A DNA stretch of 63,996 nucleotides, filler included, from Malassezia furfur (taxonomy: Eukaryota): assembly GCA_052055015.1 (NCBI GenBank). It is 26 parts of 26 records of this genome, joined end to end, with 100 filler letters (N's around TTAATTAATTAA, not from the genome) between each part and the next. Parts side by side here need not be neighbours in the genome. Positions count along the whole stretch, not along the records: positions 32,559 to 34,932 come from JBQJIT010000927.1; positions 35,033 to 37,397 come from JBQJIT010000928.1; positions 37,498 to 39,854 come from JBQJIT010000929.1; positions 39,955 to 42,308 come from JBQJIT010000930.1; positions 42,409 to 44,761 come from JBQJIT010000931.1; 21 more parts are not named here. One strand, written 5' to 3'. The position numbers were made by a program, and so were the translations under genes. Numbering within the stretch: the first letter of the stretch is position 1; the number at the start of each line of letters is the position of its first letter. Positions 33,297-42,983 of this stretch are shown here, in pieces. The notes below the pieces were generated by a model. The model saw only the letters and a list, made by a program, of their open reading frames with translations, ran no database searches and was not told the DNA's origin.

Positions 33297-34805
33297 ATGG
33301 AAGGTGCGTCGCCGTTGCATGCGGAGACGTCCTCGGCAGAGTATGCGCGGCTCGCGCCCAGGGTGTGCGCGATGATCGAGGCATGGATGCGCGAGGGCGA
33401 GCAGCCGGGTGCGCCGGTGATGCCGCATGCAACGGAACGCGCGTACCGCGAGCAGGTGCGCCTCGCGCTGCCGGACGACGGCGTAAGCGACGGCGCACTG
33501 CTGGCAGTGATGCGTGAGCTGCTCGAGAACAGCGTGAACCCGTGGACGGACCGCTTCCTGGCAAAGCTGTACTCGGCGCCGACGGTCGCGAGCATGTGCG
33601 GCGACATGCTGCTCTCGGCGATGAACGCGAGCGTGCATGTGTTCAGCGCGTCGCCCGCGCTGACGCTCGTCGAGGAAGAGTGCGTACGTGCGCTGTGTGC
33701 GCTGTACGGCTTTGGCGCGCGCGCCGACGGCATCACGATGCCCGGTGGCGCGGCCTCCAATACCCTCGCGGTGCAGACCGCGCTGTGCTGTGCGTTTGGC
33801 GGCGCGTACCGCCGCGGGGGCATCTTTGCACTGCTGCACACGCTCACGGAGCAGTACGGGCGCGTGGGGACCGGCGCGCGCCCCGCGCTACTCACCAGCG
33901 CCGACAGCCACTTTAGCATCGACCGCGCGGCGCTCGCGTCGGGGCTCGGCCTGGACGCCGTCGTGCACATTGAGAGCGACGAGCACGGGCGGATGCGCGT
34001 CGACGCACTGGAGCGCACGCTCGCCGAGATGTGTGGCGACCCCGCACATCCCCGTGGGATGCCCTTCTTCGTCAATGCGACGAGCGGCACGACGGTGCTG
34101 GGCGCGTTTGATCCGCTGCCGGCCATTGCGGCGCTGTGTGAAAAGTACCACTGCTGGCTGCACGTCGATGCGTCGTGGGGCGGCGCGGCGGTCTTTTCGC
34201 CCACGCTGCGCGACACGCTGCTGCGCGGCGTGGAGCGTGCCCAGAGTCTGACGGTGAACCCCCACAAGCTGCTCAACGTGACGCACCAGTGCTCCTTCTT
34301 GCTGGTGCAAGAGGCGCGCGTCCTGCGCGAGCACGCGATCCATGCCGGCTACCTGTTCCACGACGGCCAAGGCGCGGAGCACGGCCCCGTCGCCGACCGC
34401 GCCATGAAGACGCTGGGGTGCGGGCGGCGCGGCGAGGCGCTCAAGCTGTACCTCACCTGGCGCCAAGTCGGCACGCGCGCGCTCGGTGCCCACCTGGATG
34501 CGGGCGTGCGCGTGGCGAACGCGGTGCTCGCGGCGATCCGCGCGAACGATGCGCTCGAGGTCGGTCCGCTGGCCGCGCCCCTCTTTCTACAGATCTGTTT
34601 CCGGCCGCGGTGCATGCCTGGCGGCGTAACCGGGAGCGACGCGACGCGTGCGCTCGAGGCGCGCCTGCAGGAGACGCGGCAGTACGCGGTCGACTTTGCG
34701 CCGACGCGCAGCGGGGACTATGTGCGGCTGGTGGTGCATCCGCGCGTGCCGGCGGCGCACTACTTTGCGCTGCTCGACCACGTCACGGCGCTCACGCGCG
34801 AGTAG
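33297..34805 (+). CDS. Group II PLP-dependent decarboxylase (GAD/CSAD/aspartate 1-decarboxylase-like)
   Basis: SVNPWTDRFLAKLYS, MPGGAASN, SHFSIDRAA, FFVNATSGTTVLGAFDP, WLHVDASWGG, VNPHKLL (PLP lysine), KTLGCGRR. Confidence 0.93.
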   Translation: MEGASPLHAETSSAEYARLAPRVCAMIEAWMREGEQPGAPVMPHATERAYREQVRLALPDDGVSDGALLAVMRELLENSVNPWTDRFLAKLYSAPTVASMCGDMLLSAMNASVHVFSASPALTLVEEECVRALCALYGFGARADGITMPGGAASNTLAVQTALCCAFGGAYRRGGIFALLHTLTEQYGRVGTGARPALLTSADSHFSIDRAALASGLGLDAVVHIESDEHGRMRVDALERTLAEMCGDPAHPRGMPFFVNATSGTTVLGAFDPLPAIAALCEKYHCWLHVDASWGGAAVFSPTLRDTLLRGVERAQSLTVNPHKLLNVTHQCSFLLVQEARVLREHAIHAGYLFHDGQGAEHGPVADRAMKTLGCGRRGEALKLYLTWRQVGTRALGAHLDAGVRVANAVLAAIRANDALEVGPLAAPLFLQICFRPRCMPGGVTGSDATRALEARLQETRQYAVDFAPTRSGDYVRLVVHPRVPAAHYFALLDHVTALTRE

Positions 34806-34834
34806 AACGAAGGACAGGGAAGGACGAAACGAAG

Positions 34835-34932
34835 CTATGCTTGCGAATGCGACGCAGACGTGGTGGTCATCAGCACGTCGCGGACGTAGCGCAGTTTCTT
34901 CATCAACTGGCGCACAAACCGGCGCTCGCTCG
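34835..34932 (-). CDS. C-terminal end of an unidentified gene (partial)
   Basis: SERRFVRQLMKKLRYVRDVLMTTTSASHSQA*. Confidence 0.45.
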
Positions 34933-35032
34933 NNNNNNNNNNNNNNNNNNNNNNNNNNNNNNNNNNNNNNNNNNNNTTAATTAATTAANNNNNNNNNNNN
35001 NNNNNNNNNNNNNNNNNNNNNNNNNNNNNNNN

Positions 35033-35372
35033 CTGTGCTTCCTTCGTATGCGACCGTCCCGACCGCGGGCGCCGCGGCGCCGCTCGCGGGCATCGCCGAG
35101 GGCTGCTGGTGTGCATACTTGGAGCGCAGCTCGGAGAACTGCTGCGTGGTGTACGTCTTCTGCGAGAAGGCGTGCATCGCCGCAATTTCGTCCTTCAGGC
35201 GGTCGTTCACGAAGCGGTGCCGCTTGAGCGTCGGCATCCCCTCGAACTGGTCCGAGACGAGCACCACGTCGTACGCCTGGCCGCACCCGCCCGACACGTC
35301 GGCAACGAACAGCGTGTTGATCTGCCCGACTTTTTCGTGGATCGCGGCCTCGAGCTCTGCCTGGGTGACCAT
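35033..35372 (-). CDS. BOL2: BolA family protein (Bol2/Fra2 type) with C-terminal extension, 3' partial
   Basis: VADVSGGCGQAYDVVLVSDQFEGMPTLKRHRFVNDRLKDEIAAMHAFSQKTYT. Confidence 0.88.
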
Positions 35373-35413
35373 CGTCGTGAAGTGGAGGGAGCCGCCACGC
35401 GGGGCCCACCACC

Positions 35414-36469
35414 ATGCGCGTCGCCTCGGTGCAGTTTGCGCCGCAGCCCGGCAAGTGCGAGGAAAATGCCGCGCACATCCGCGCGATGCTCAAGAGGTAT
35501 GCCGCCCCGGCACTCACCCAGCGTCGCGCCCGGCTCGCTCGACCTGCTTGTCCTGCCCGAGATGGCCCTGACCGGTAGGCGTCTGCGCACTGACCCCAGG
35601 CTACCTGTTCGACTCGTTCGACCACATTGCGCCGCTGCTCGAGCTGCCGTACCGCGGCGAGGGCGCCACGTATGCGCTCGCGACGTCGCTCGCGAAGCAG
35701 CTGGGGTGCTACGTCGTGGCAGGCTTCCCTGAGCGCATGTCGCCCGAAGCGCTCGAAGACTGCCAGCTTGCGCAGGGTCTGGTGGATGCCCGCACGCCGC
35801 AGGCGCTCGAGGCGGCCACGTCGACGTACCTGCCCAAGGTGCGCGACCAGGCGTTCAACTCGGCGATGCTCGTGGACCCGCAGGGCAACCTGGCCAACGT
35901 CTTCCGCAAGCACTTCCTCTACGAGGCCGACACACCGTGGGCCGACGAGGGCCGCGGCTTCTCGTACGTGGACGTGCCACGCCTCGGGCGAATCTGCGTG
36001 GCGATCTGCATGGACCTGAACCGTACGTCGCGCGCGCACTCACCGCCCAGCCTACCTGCTCGACTCCGACTTTGAAAAGTACGAGCTCGCGCACTACTGC
36101 GACAAAAACCAGATCGACCTGCTCGTCCTCCCGATGAACTGGCTCCTGCCCGAGGAGGAGCACGAGCCGTACCGTGCGGACCCCAGCCTGAACCAGCCGA
36201 GCGTCGCGACGATCAACTACTGGGTCGCACGGTGCATCCCGCTGTGGGTGCCCGGCATGGGCGAGCCGGGCCACGAGGGCCACCGCACGACGCTCATCGC
36301 GGCAAACCGCACGGGCAGCGAAAAAGGTGCGTGCGCCGGCGCTCACCCAGACACCATCTTTGCGGGCTCCTCGAGCGTGATTTCGTTCCGCGCGGGCGAC
36401 CAGGCCAACCTGCTTGGCGCCGCGGGGTGCCGCGACGACGCGGTGCTCACCGTCGAAGTGCCTATGTAG
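35414..36469 (+). CDS. NTA1: Protein N-terminal amidase Nta1 (nitrilase superfamily); introns 35497-35521, 35575-35599, 36023-36050, 36327-36350
   Basis: Spliced: MRVASVQFAP...DLLVLPEMALTGYLF...GFPE...FRKHFLYEADTPWADEG...ICMDLNPY...MNWL...ANRTGSEKDTIFAGSS (E-K-C triad). Confidence 0.9.
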
Positions 36470-36477
36470 CCGGGCGT

Positions 36478-37397
36478 CTATACATCACTGCTCTCCATCC
36501 ACGAGATCTCGTCGTCGCCCACCACGAACGAGTCGTTCGAGTACGCGTCGTCGTCCGAGTGCCCCACCTCCGACGAGGGCTGCAGCGCACGCCGGCGCGC
36601 AAGCAGCTCTTGCAGCCGGTCGCGCCCGCGGAACGGCGTGGGGGCGCGCTGCGATAGGAGCGACTGCAGGTAGATGGCCTCTTGGTTGTAGCCGTCGTGC
36701 TGCGTCGCGGCAAAGTCGCCGACCGCCGCGCGATCCTCGTCGTTCTCGTCCGAGGACCCGGGGCCCGAGTCGTCCTCGTCCGACTCGCCGTGCACGTCAC
36801 TGTCCGTCTCGCGCTCGGCCTCTTCGAAAAAGAGGGACTCATGGTGAGCCGTGCGCCGGCGTTTTCGGCGTACCGGCGACGCACGCCGGGGCGGCGACGA
36901 GGGCACACGGAGCGACGACGACGCCGTCGCCGCACACGCGACGGACGACGAGGGCGCAGCGAGACGCGCTTCGTCCACGTCCACGTCCGATTCCTGCGAC
37001 AAGAGGAAGAGCGGCGCCGGCGGCGCACGGACCGCATCGTCCGCCGCCGGACCGTCGGAAGTGGGCCGAGCCGCATCCTCGGGCGCCGAATAGGGCGTCG
37101 ATGTGTCCGCGGCCTGCTCTGCGAGCTGTGCCACGAGCGGGTGCGGCGCAAACCGCCGCTCGCTCGGCGCGGCACTGGCGAGTGGGGCAGGCGACGAGCC
37201 AATGTGCCATGCGTCCGACAACTCGGCCGGCGACGGCGACACGAGTGTGGTGTCGGGCGCGGGCGCGGGCGGCGACGACGACGGCGGCAGCGGCGCCGAG
37301 GGCCGTGCGGATCGGCGTGCGCCAAGTGTGCGCTTGGTGGCCGATGTCGGCCGTGGCGCGCTGGGCAGAAGCGGCGCGTGGGTATGTACAGGGGAGG
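36478..37397 (-). CDS. Acidic low-complexity C-terminus, possibly of Mph1/FANCM helicase (5' partial)
   Basis: FFEEAERE...ENDEDRAAVGDFAATQ..GYNQEAIYLQSLLSQ...YSNDSFVVGDDE resembles FANCM/Mph1 C-terminal motifs from memory. Confidence 0.45.
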
Positions 37398-37497
37398 NNN
37401 NNNNNNNNNNNNNNNNNNNNNNNNNNNNNNNNNNNNNNNNNTTAATTAATTAANNNNNNNNNNNNNNNNNNNNNNNNNNNNNNNNNNNNNNNNNNNN

Positions 37498-38868
37498 CGC
37501 GGTCGGCGCCGCGTCTGGTGCGTCCTGCGTTGGCGCCGGCGGCGGCGGCGGCGGCGGTGGCGCCGATTGCACCGACTGCCGCAGGACAGTCACCACCAAC
37601 GGGTACTCGTACGCAAGGAACAGTACACCCGCGAGGAACGCCACGGCAAACTGCGCGTCAGTCATCCACGTACCATGCCGAGACTCAGGGAGCTGTTCAG
37701 CGACGCGCCCACAATCAGGTGCGCAAGGCACACATGCGCGTCGTACATGGTCTGGATAAAGAACGACACGCCCGATACCTTGGCGATCGCGCTCTCGGTG
37801 CGCACGCGCTCGGTCATGCGCGTCATCAGCACGAGCTGCACTAGGACGATGGCCATCATCCCGAGCAGGTACCACCGAGTGTCGCCCCAGAATTGGCGCA
37901 TCGCGATTCCTTCGAGCGCCGGTGTGCCGATACGCAGCGCACACGTGTCCGACACACCGACCACCGCGAGGTGCATGGCCGGGAGCCGCCGCGTCACGAT
38001 ACCGTTGGGGTGCGCGAGTTGGTCCTCGCGCAGGCGCAGTGCCGCTTCGTCCACGCGCGCGCCGAGCGGCGCGAGCTGGCCGTAGAGATGCATCGAGCAG
38101 TTGTTTGCGCCGATGGCGCTCGGCGCATCGGATGGCGCAAGCGGCTCGTGGTGCGCAAGCATCGCATCGATGCGCTCGAGGCGGTCGTCGATGTCGTGTA
38201 CCACCGCCGTGTAGGTATCGTTGACGAGCTGTGTGTCGTTGAGCGGCACCATCGCGAGCACCTCGCGGATGTCGAGGATATGCGGCGAGGTCCGCGGCAT
38301 CCCGACAATGTACAGGCGTCCCGTGTGGGGCACCAGCACCCCGTTGACGTCGAGCTCGATGCCGACGCGGCTCTGGCTGGTGTTGCGCGGCAGGGTGACG
38401 ACCATCGAGCCCCACACCTGCGACACGTTGGTGTGCTGCACATCCCGCTCGTATAGCTGCGCCTCGAGGCGCGTTTTCTTGGCGAACCAGTCGAGCGCGC
38501 CCCGATCGAGCGCCACGCGCGTGTCGTTGGCGTCGGGCGCGGCGTAGGCGTGCGTACTGAAATTCCCGTCAAAGAACCCGCTCACGTTGCGCGGGAACAC
38601 ATAGTCGCCGGTGACCGGCGCATAGATATCGTGCAGCGGCGCCGCGAGTGCCGCGTCGTCGTCGTGCACCTGCGTCAGCGGCGCAACGTACAAAGGTCCA
38701 GTTGCCCTGCTCGGTGGCATTGTGCGTGAGCCAGCCGTGCACTTCGGTGCGCTCGCGCGTGATGCGCGCACGCGCACGCTCAAGCACCTCGCGGTCGTCG
38801 CTCGCGCACACGCCGTACGCGAACAGCGCCAGGAGCGCCAGGCCGACGATGCGCACGGCCCCCGCCAT
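37498..38868 (-). CDS. TUL1: Transmembrane E3 ligase Tul1/Dsc1, N-terminal half (3' partial); introns 38670-38691, 37651-37673
   Basis: Signal peptide, FPRNVSGFFDGNF lumenal motif, CSMHLYGQL, VGVSDTCALRI, RTESAIAKVS..SFFIQTMYD TM region. Confidence 0.75.
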
Positions 38869-38938
38869 GGTGCGTCGTGGAGCGCCGCGCGGCTGAGTCA
38901 GCACACGTCTTCGCGTGGGACGACGCTGAGGGAGCAGG

Positions 38939-39854
38939 ATGCAGGTGCATGTGCTCGGCGTCGGCGCGATCGGGTCGCTGCTCGCGGGCCACCTGCGCTC
39001 GCTCATGGCGACGCGCGAGATGGCAGATGCGACGCGGCTCAAAAAGTTTGTGCGCATGCCGTCGCTCCCACGGCTGAGCGTGCCGTACGACGTGCGCCGT
39101 TTTCTTCCGCGCCCGGAGCGCTCGGGCATCACGCTGCACCTGCGCGAGCGGCACCGCCCGCTCCCGTCCAACAAGCCGCCGCTCGGCAGCCAGGTGATTG
39201 TCGAGCGCGATGGCGCGCGCATGCAGACGTCCGGCTACCGCGTCGAGTTTATGTCCGCGGCCGCGCAGGCGCCGACGCGGGTGCTCGTGCCCGACGCGCA
39301 CGGCGGCCTGCAGGACGCGCCGGCGCACGACGCCAAGGCGCCGATCGACTGCCTGATTGTCGCGACCAAGGCGGACGCGACGCTCTCGGCGCTGCGGCGC
39401 TTCCTCCCCCGCATCACGCCCGCAACCACCGTCGTGCTGGTGCAGAATGGGATGGGCGTGCTCGACACGCTTCTCGAGCAGTACTGGCGCACGCCCAAGT
39501 CGCGGCCCAATGTGATTCTCGCGAGCGCGACGCACGGGTGCTTCCTAAAGCGGCCCCTGCACACGGTGCACGCGGCGTTCGGCGCGATCCACTTTGGCAT
39601 CCTGCCGAGCGCGCGCGGCGGTGCGCACGGCTTTGAGCGCGCGGTGTACGCCGAGGACGGCGCGCCCGTGTCGCTGGACGTCTCGGCGATCCCGGACCAG
39701 CCCGAGACGCGCACGCTGCGCGAGACGGTCGCGCTGCTGCTTGCGCTGCCGCTGGATGTGCACTGGGAGCCCATCCGGCAGTTCCAGCTGCGTGCGCTGC
39801 GCAAGCTGATCATCAACGCGTGCATCAACCCGACGACCGCGCTCGTCGACTGCC
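38939..39854 (+). CDS. PAN5: Ketopantoate reductase (ApbA/PanE family), 3' partial
   Basis: VHVLGVGAIGSLLAGHL, IDCLIVATKA, VLVQNGMG, ASATHG, KLIINACINPTTAL. Confidence 0.9.
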
Positions 39855-40023
39855 NNNNNNNNNNNNNNNNNNNNNNNNNNNNNNNNNNNNNNNNNNNNTT
39901 AATTAATTAANNNNNNNNNNNNNNNNNNNNNNNNNNNNNNNNNNNNNNNNNNNNGCGCGCCGCGCGGCGACTCGGCCATGAGCACGTGGAGGTGGAGGCG
40001 AAGCGGCCGGCCGTCTCGCGAGC

Positions 40024-41310
40024 ATGGCTGCGGACGCTTCCGGCGCGGCGCCGGACGAGCGCTACGAAGAAAAAGACGAGGCGTACTTTTCGTACTATGC
40101 AATGCTCACGCACCAGGCGCAGATGCTGCAGGACGCGGTGCGCACGTCTGCGTACCAGAGCGCGATCCTGCAGCACGCGCCCGCCTTCCAAGGTATGTCC
40201 ATCTCTCACGCAGACCGCCGTGTGATGGACGTCGGCGCGGGCAACGGCATCCTGTCGCTCTTTTCGATCCAGGCGGGCGCCGCGGTGGTGTATGCGGTGG
40301 AGGCGTCCGGCGTCGTGGGGTGCCTGCACCAGCTCGCGGCCGCCGCCGCGGACGCCGAGGCGCCGGTGAATGCATGGGCACGCGACAAGCTCGCGGTCGT
40401 GCACGGTAGGTGCGCGCCACTGACGCAGCGCGCGTAGAGGACGTGACGCCCGCGATGCTCGCGGAGCGCACGCCGGCGGGCGCGCCGGCGGGCGAGCAGG
40501 TGGATACGATCGTGTCCGAGTGCCTGGGGGTGGTGCGTGTCGCGGCTGACGCAGCTTTTGGTGCACGAGCGCATGTGCGAGTCGTTTCTCGAGGCGCGCG
40601 ACCGCTTCCTTAAGCCGGGCGGCGCGCTGTTCCCGCGCACCGGCACGCTGTGCTTCTCGCTGCTGTCCGATGCGCGGCTCTGGCAGGAGGTGCACACGCG
40701 CGGCGAGTGGTGGAACACGAGCAACTTCTACGGCGTGGACCTGACGCCGTTCCTCGGCGCGTCGCGTGCCGAGGCGTTTGCGAGCCCGGTGGTCGGCTGC
40801 TTTTCGCCGACGCACATCGTCGGGGCGCAGACGGACGCGGCGACGGCGGCGCTCGTGTGCCCCGAGGACGCGGTGAACAGGTACTTGGTCGACTTTTCCA
40901 CCGTGTCGCTCGAGGATCTGCGCACGTTTGACGTGCCGATCGCGTTCGACTGTGTCACGGAGCCGGTGGTGGTGCATGGGCTCGGCGCGTGGTTCGACCT
41001 GTCGTTCCTGCAGCCCGGCGAGGAGGCGGACGAGGCGGCGGGCGCGGGCGTGATGACCACGTCGCCGTTCGCGCCCGCGACGCACTGGGCGCAGGTGCGC
41101 CTGCTGTTCGCCGAGCCGCTCGCGCTGAACCGCGGGCAGTGTGTGCTGGGCACGCTGCACTTTTCCGCAAACGCGAGCCGCTCGTACGACATCCGCGCCG
41201 AGCTGCATGTCCCGCTGTCTCCCGAGACGCCCGAGGTGCCGCTGTACCGGCGCACGGCGCTCTGGAAGCTCGACAAGCAGACCTACTCCTGGGAAACGAC
41301 GGGCGCGTAG
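40024..41310 (+). CDS. CARM1: Type I arginine methyltransferase, CARM1/PRMT4-like; introns 40193-40213, 40406-40428, 40533-40554
   Basis: [83 protein letters not shown]. Confidence 0.85.
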
Positions 41311-41391
41311 GGCCGTAGCGGGGGAGGGGGGTGGGGGGGTGCCTCCACCTGGTGTTAGTCAGCGGCGCGACTTTTTTCCTCGTGCACGACG

Positions 41392-42308
41392 ATGCGGAAG
41401 CAGCTCGATCCACGGATCCCGACGCTGATCCGCAACCAGGTCGCGACCGGGCACCGCTCGTTCTTTGTGATCGTCGGCGACCATGCGCGTGACCAGGTGG
41501 TGAATCTGCACTTTCTGCTCGCGCAGTCGCGTGTGGAGGCGCGGCCGAGCGTGCTGTGGTGCTACAAGAAGGACCTTGGCTTCACGACGCACCGCAAGAA
41601 GCGCGAGGCCAAGATCAAGCGCGACATCAAGCGTGGTGTGCGCGACCAGGACACGCAGGACCCGTTCGAGCTGTTTGTGAGCGTGACCGACATCCGCTAC
41701 TGCTACTACAAAGACACGCCGAAGATCCTCGGCCGGACGTTTGGCATGCTCGTCCTGCAGGACTTTGAGGCGATCACCCCCAACCTGCTCGCGCGCACCA
41801 TCGAGACGGTCGAGGGCGGCGGGATCGTCGCGCTGCTCCTGCCGACCATGTCGAGCCTGCGCCAGCTGTACTCGCTGTCGATGGATGCCCACGCGCGGTA
41901 CAAGAGTGCGTCGACGGACGAGGACATCGTCGCGCGCTTCAACGAGCGCTTCCTGCTGTCGCTCAGTGCGTCGCCGAGCTGCCTGTTCCTTGACGACGAG
42001 CTGAACGTGTTGCCGCTGAGCCGCGGCAAGGAGATTCGGCCCCTGCCGGAAACCAGTGCGGGGCAGAGCGTCGGCGGTGTCGGCTCGGCGGTGCAGAAAG
42101 GGCGTGCGCGGCGCGCGCGCGAGCAGGAGCTGGCGGACGTGCAGGCGGACGTCGCCGAGACCAAGGTCGTGGGCGATGTGATCCGGCACGCCAAGACGCT
42201 CGACCAGGCGAAGGCGGTGCTGACGATCCTCGATGTGCTGGCGAGCAGCTCGCTGTCGACCACCGTTGCGCTCACCGCGGGGCGTGGGCGCGGCAAGTCG
42301 GCGGCGCT
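41392..42308 (+). CDS. KRE33: RNA cytidine acetyltransferase Kre33/NAT10, N-terminus (3' partial)
   Basis: MRKQLDPRIPTLIRN...SVLWCYKKDLGF...LQDFEAITPNLLARTIETVEGGG...TAGRGRGKSAA. Confidence 0.97.
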
Positions 42309-42408
42309 NNNNNNNNNNNNNNNNNNNNNNNNNNNNNNNNNNNNNNNNNNNNTTAATTAATTAANNNNNNNNNNNNNNNNNNNNNNNNNNNNNNNNNNNN
42401 NNNNNNNN

Positions 42409-42841
42409 GCGAAGTGCGGTACGCTTCGCTGCGCCGCGGTGGCGGCGAGCGCGAGCGCGCGCGTGCCGTGCGCTGCGTGTCGGAGCGCGGCGGGGTATCG
42501 GGCGACGGCGGCGGGGGCACCCACTCCTGGTCCTGGATCGCGAGGCCCGGGAGCATCTTGGCGCGCTCGTCCGCGCTCTTCTCTGCCTTCGGTGCCGCGC
42601 GCTTGTGCTTGGGGTGCAATGTGGTGATCAGGCGGTCGAGGTTCTCGGCGAACGCGGTGGAGAACTCGGCGCCGGCCTCGTCGAGTTTCGCCTGGAACGC
42701 CTTGAACGACGGCGACTCGTCATGGAGCGCGATCACGAACTCGGCGAGCGTACGGTCATGGATGCCCAGATGGTTTTGGATCTCTGTCGCGATCTTCGAC
42801 ACCAGCGACAGGAACTCGAGCCGGTACAGCGGATCGTCCAT
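42409..42841 (-). CDS. PRP22: Spliceosomal DEAH helicase Prp22/DHX8, N-terminus (3' partial)
   Basis: MDDPLYRLEFLSLVSKIATEIQNHLGIHDRTLAEFVIALH...LITTLHPK...PGLAIQD. Confidence 0.9.
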
Positions 42842-42983
42842 CGGTGGCGAGCGGCGCGCCGCGGCGCGTAACGTGTTCCACGTGCACAGGCGCGCTTCCG
42901 ACGCGCGCGGCACGACGCGCTTCCGTCTCGCCATGGCCTCCACGGTGCGCGCGCCGCCGCGGCGGCGGAGCGAGCGGAGAGTA

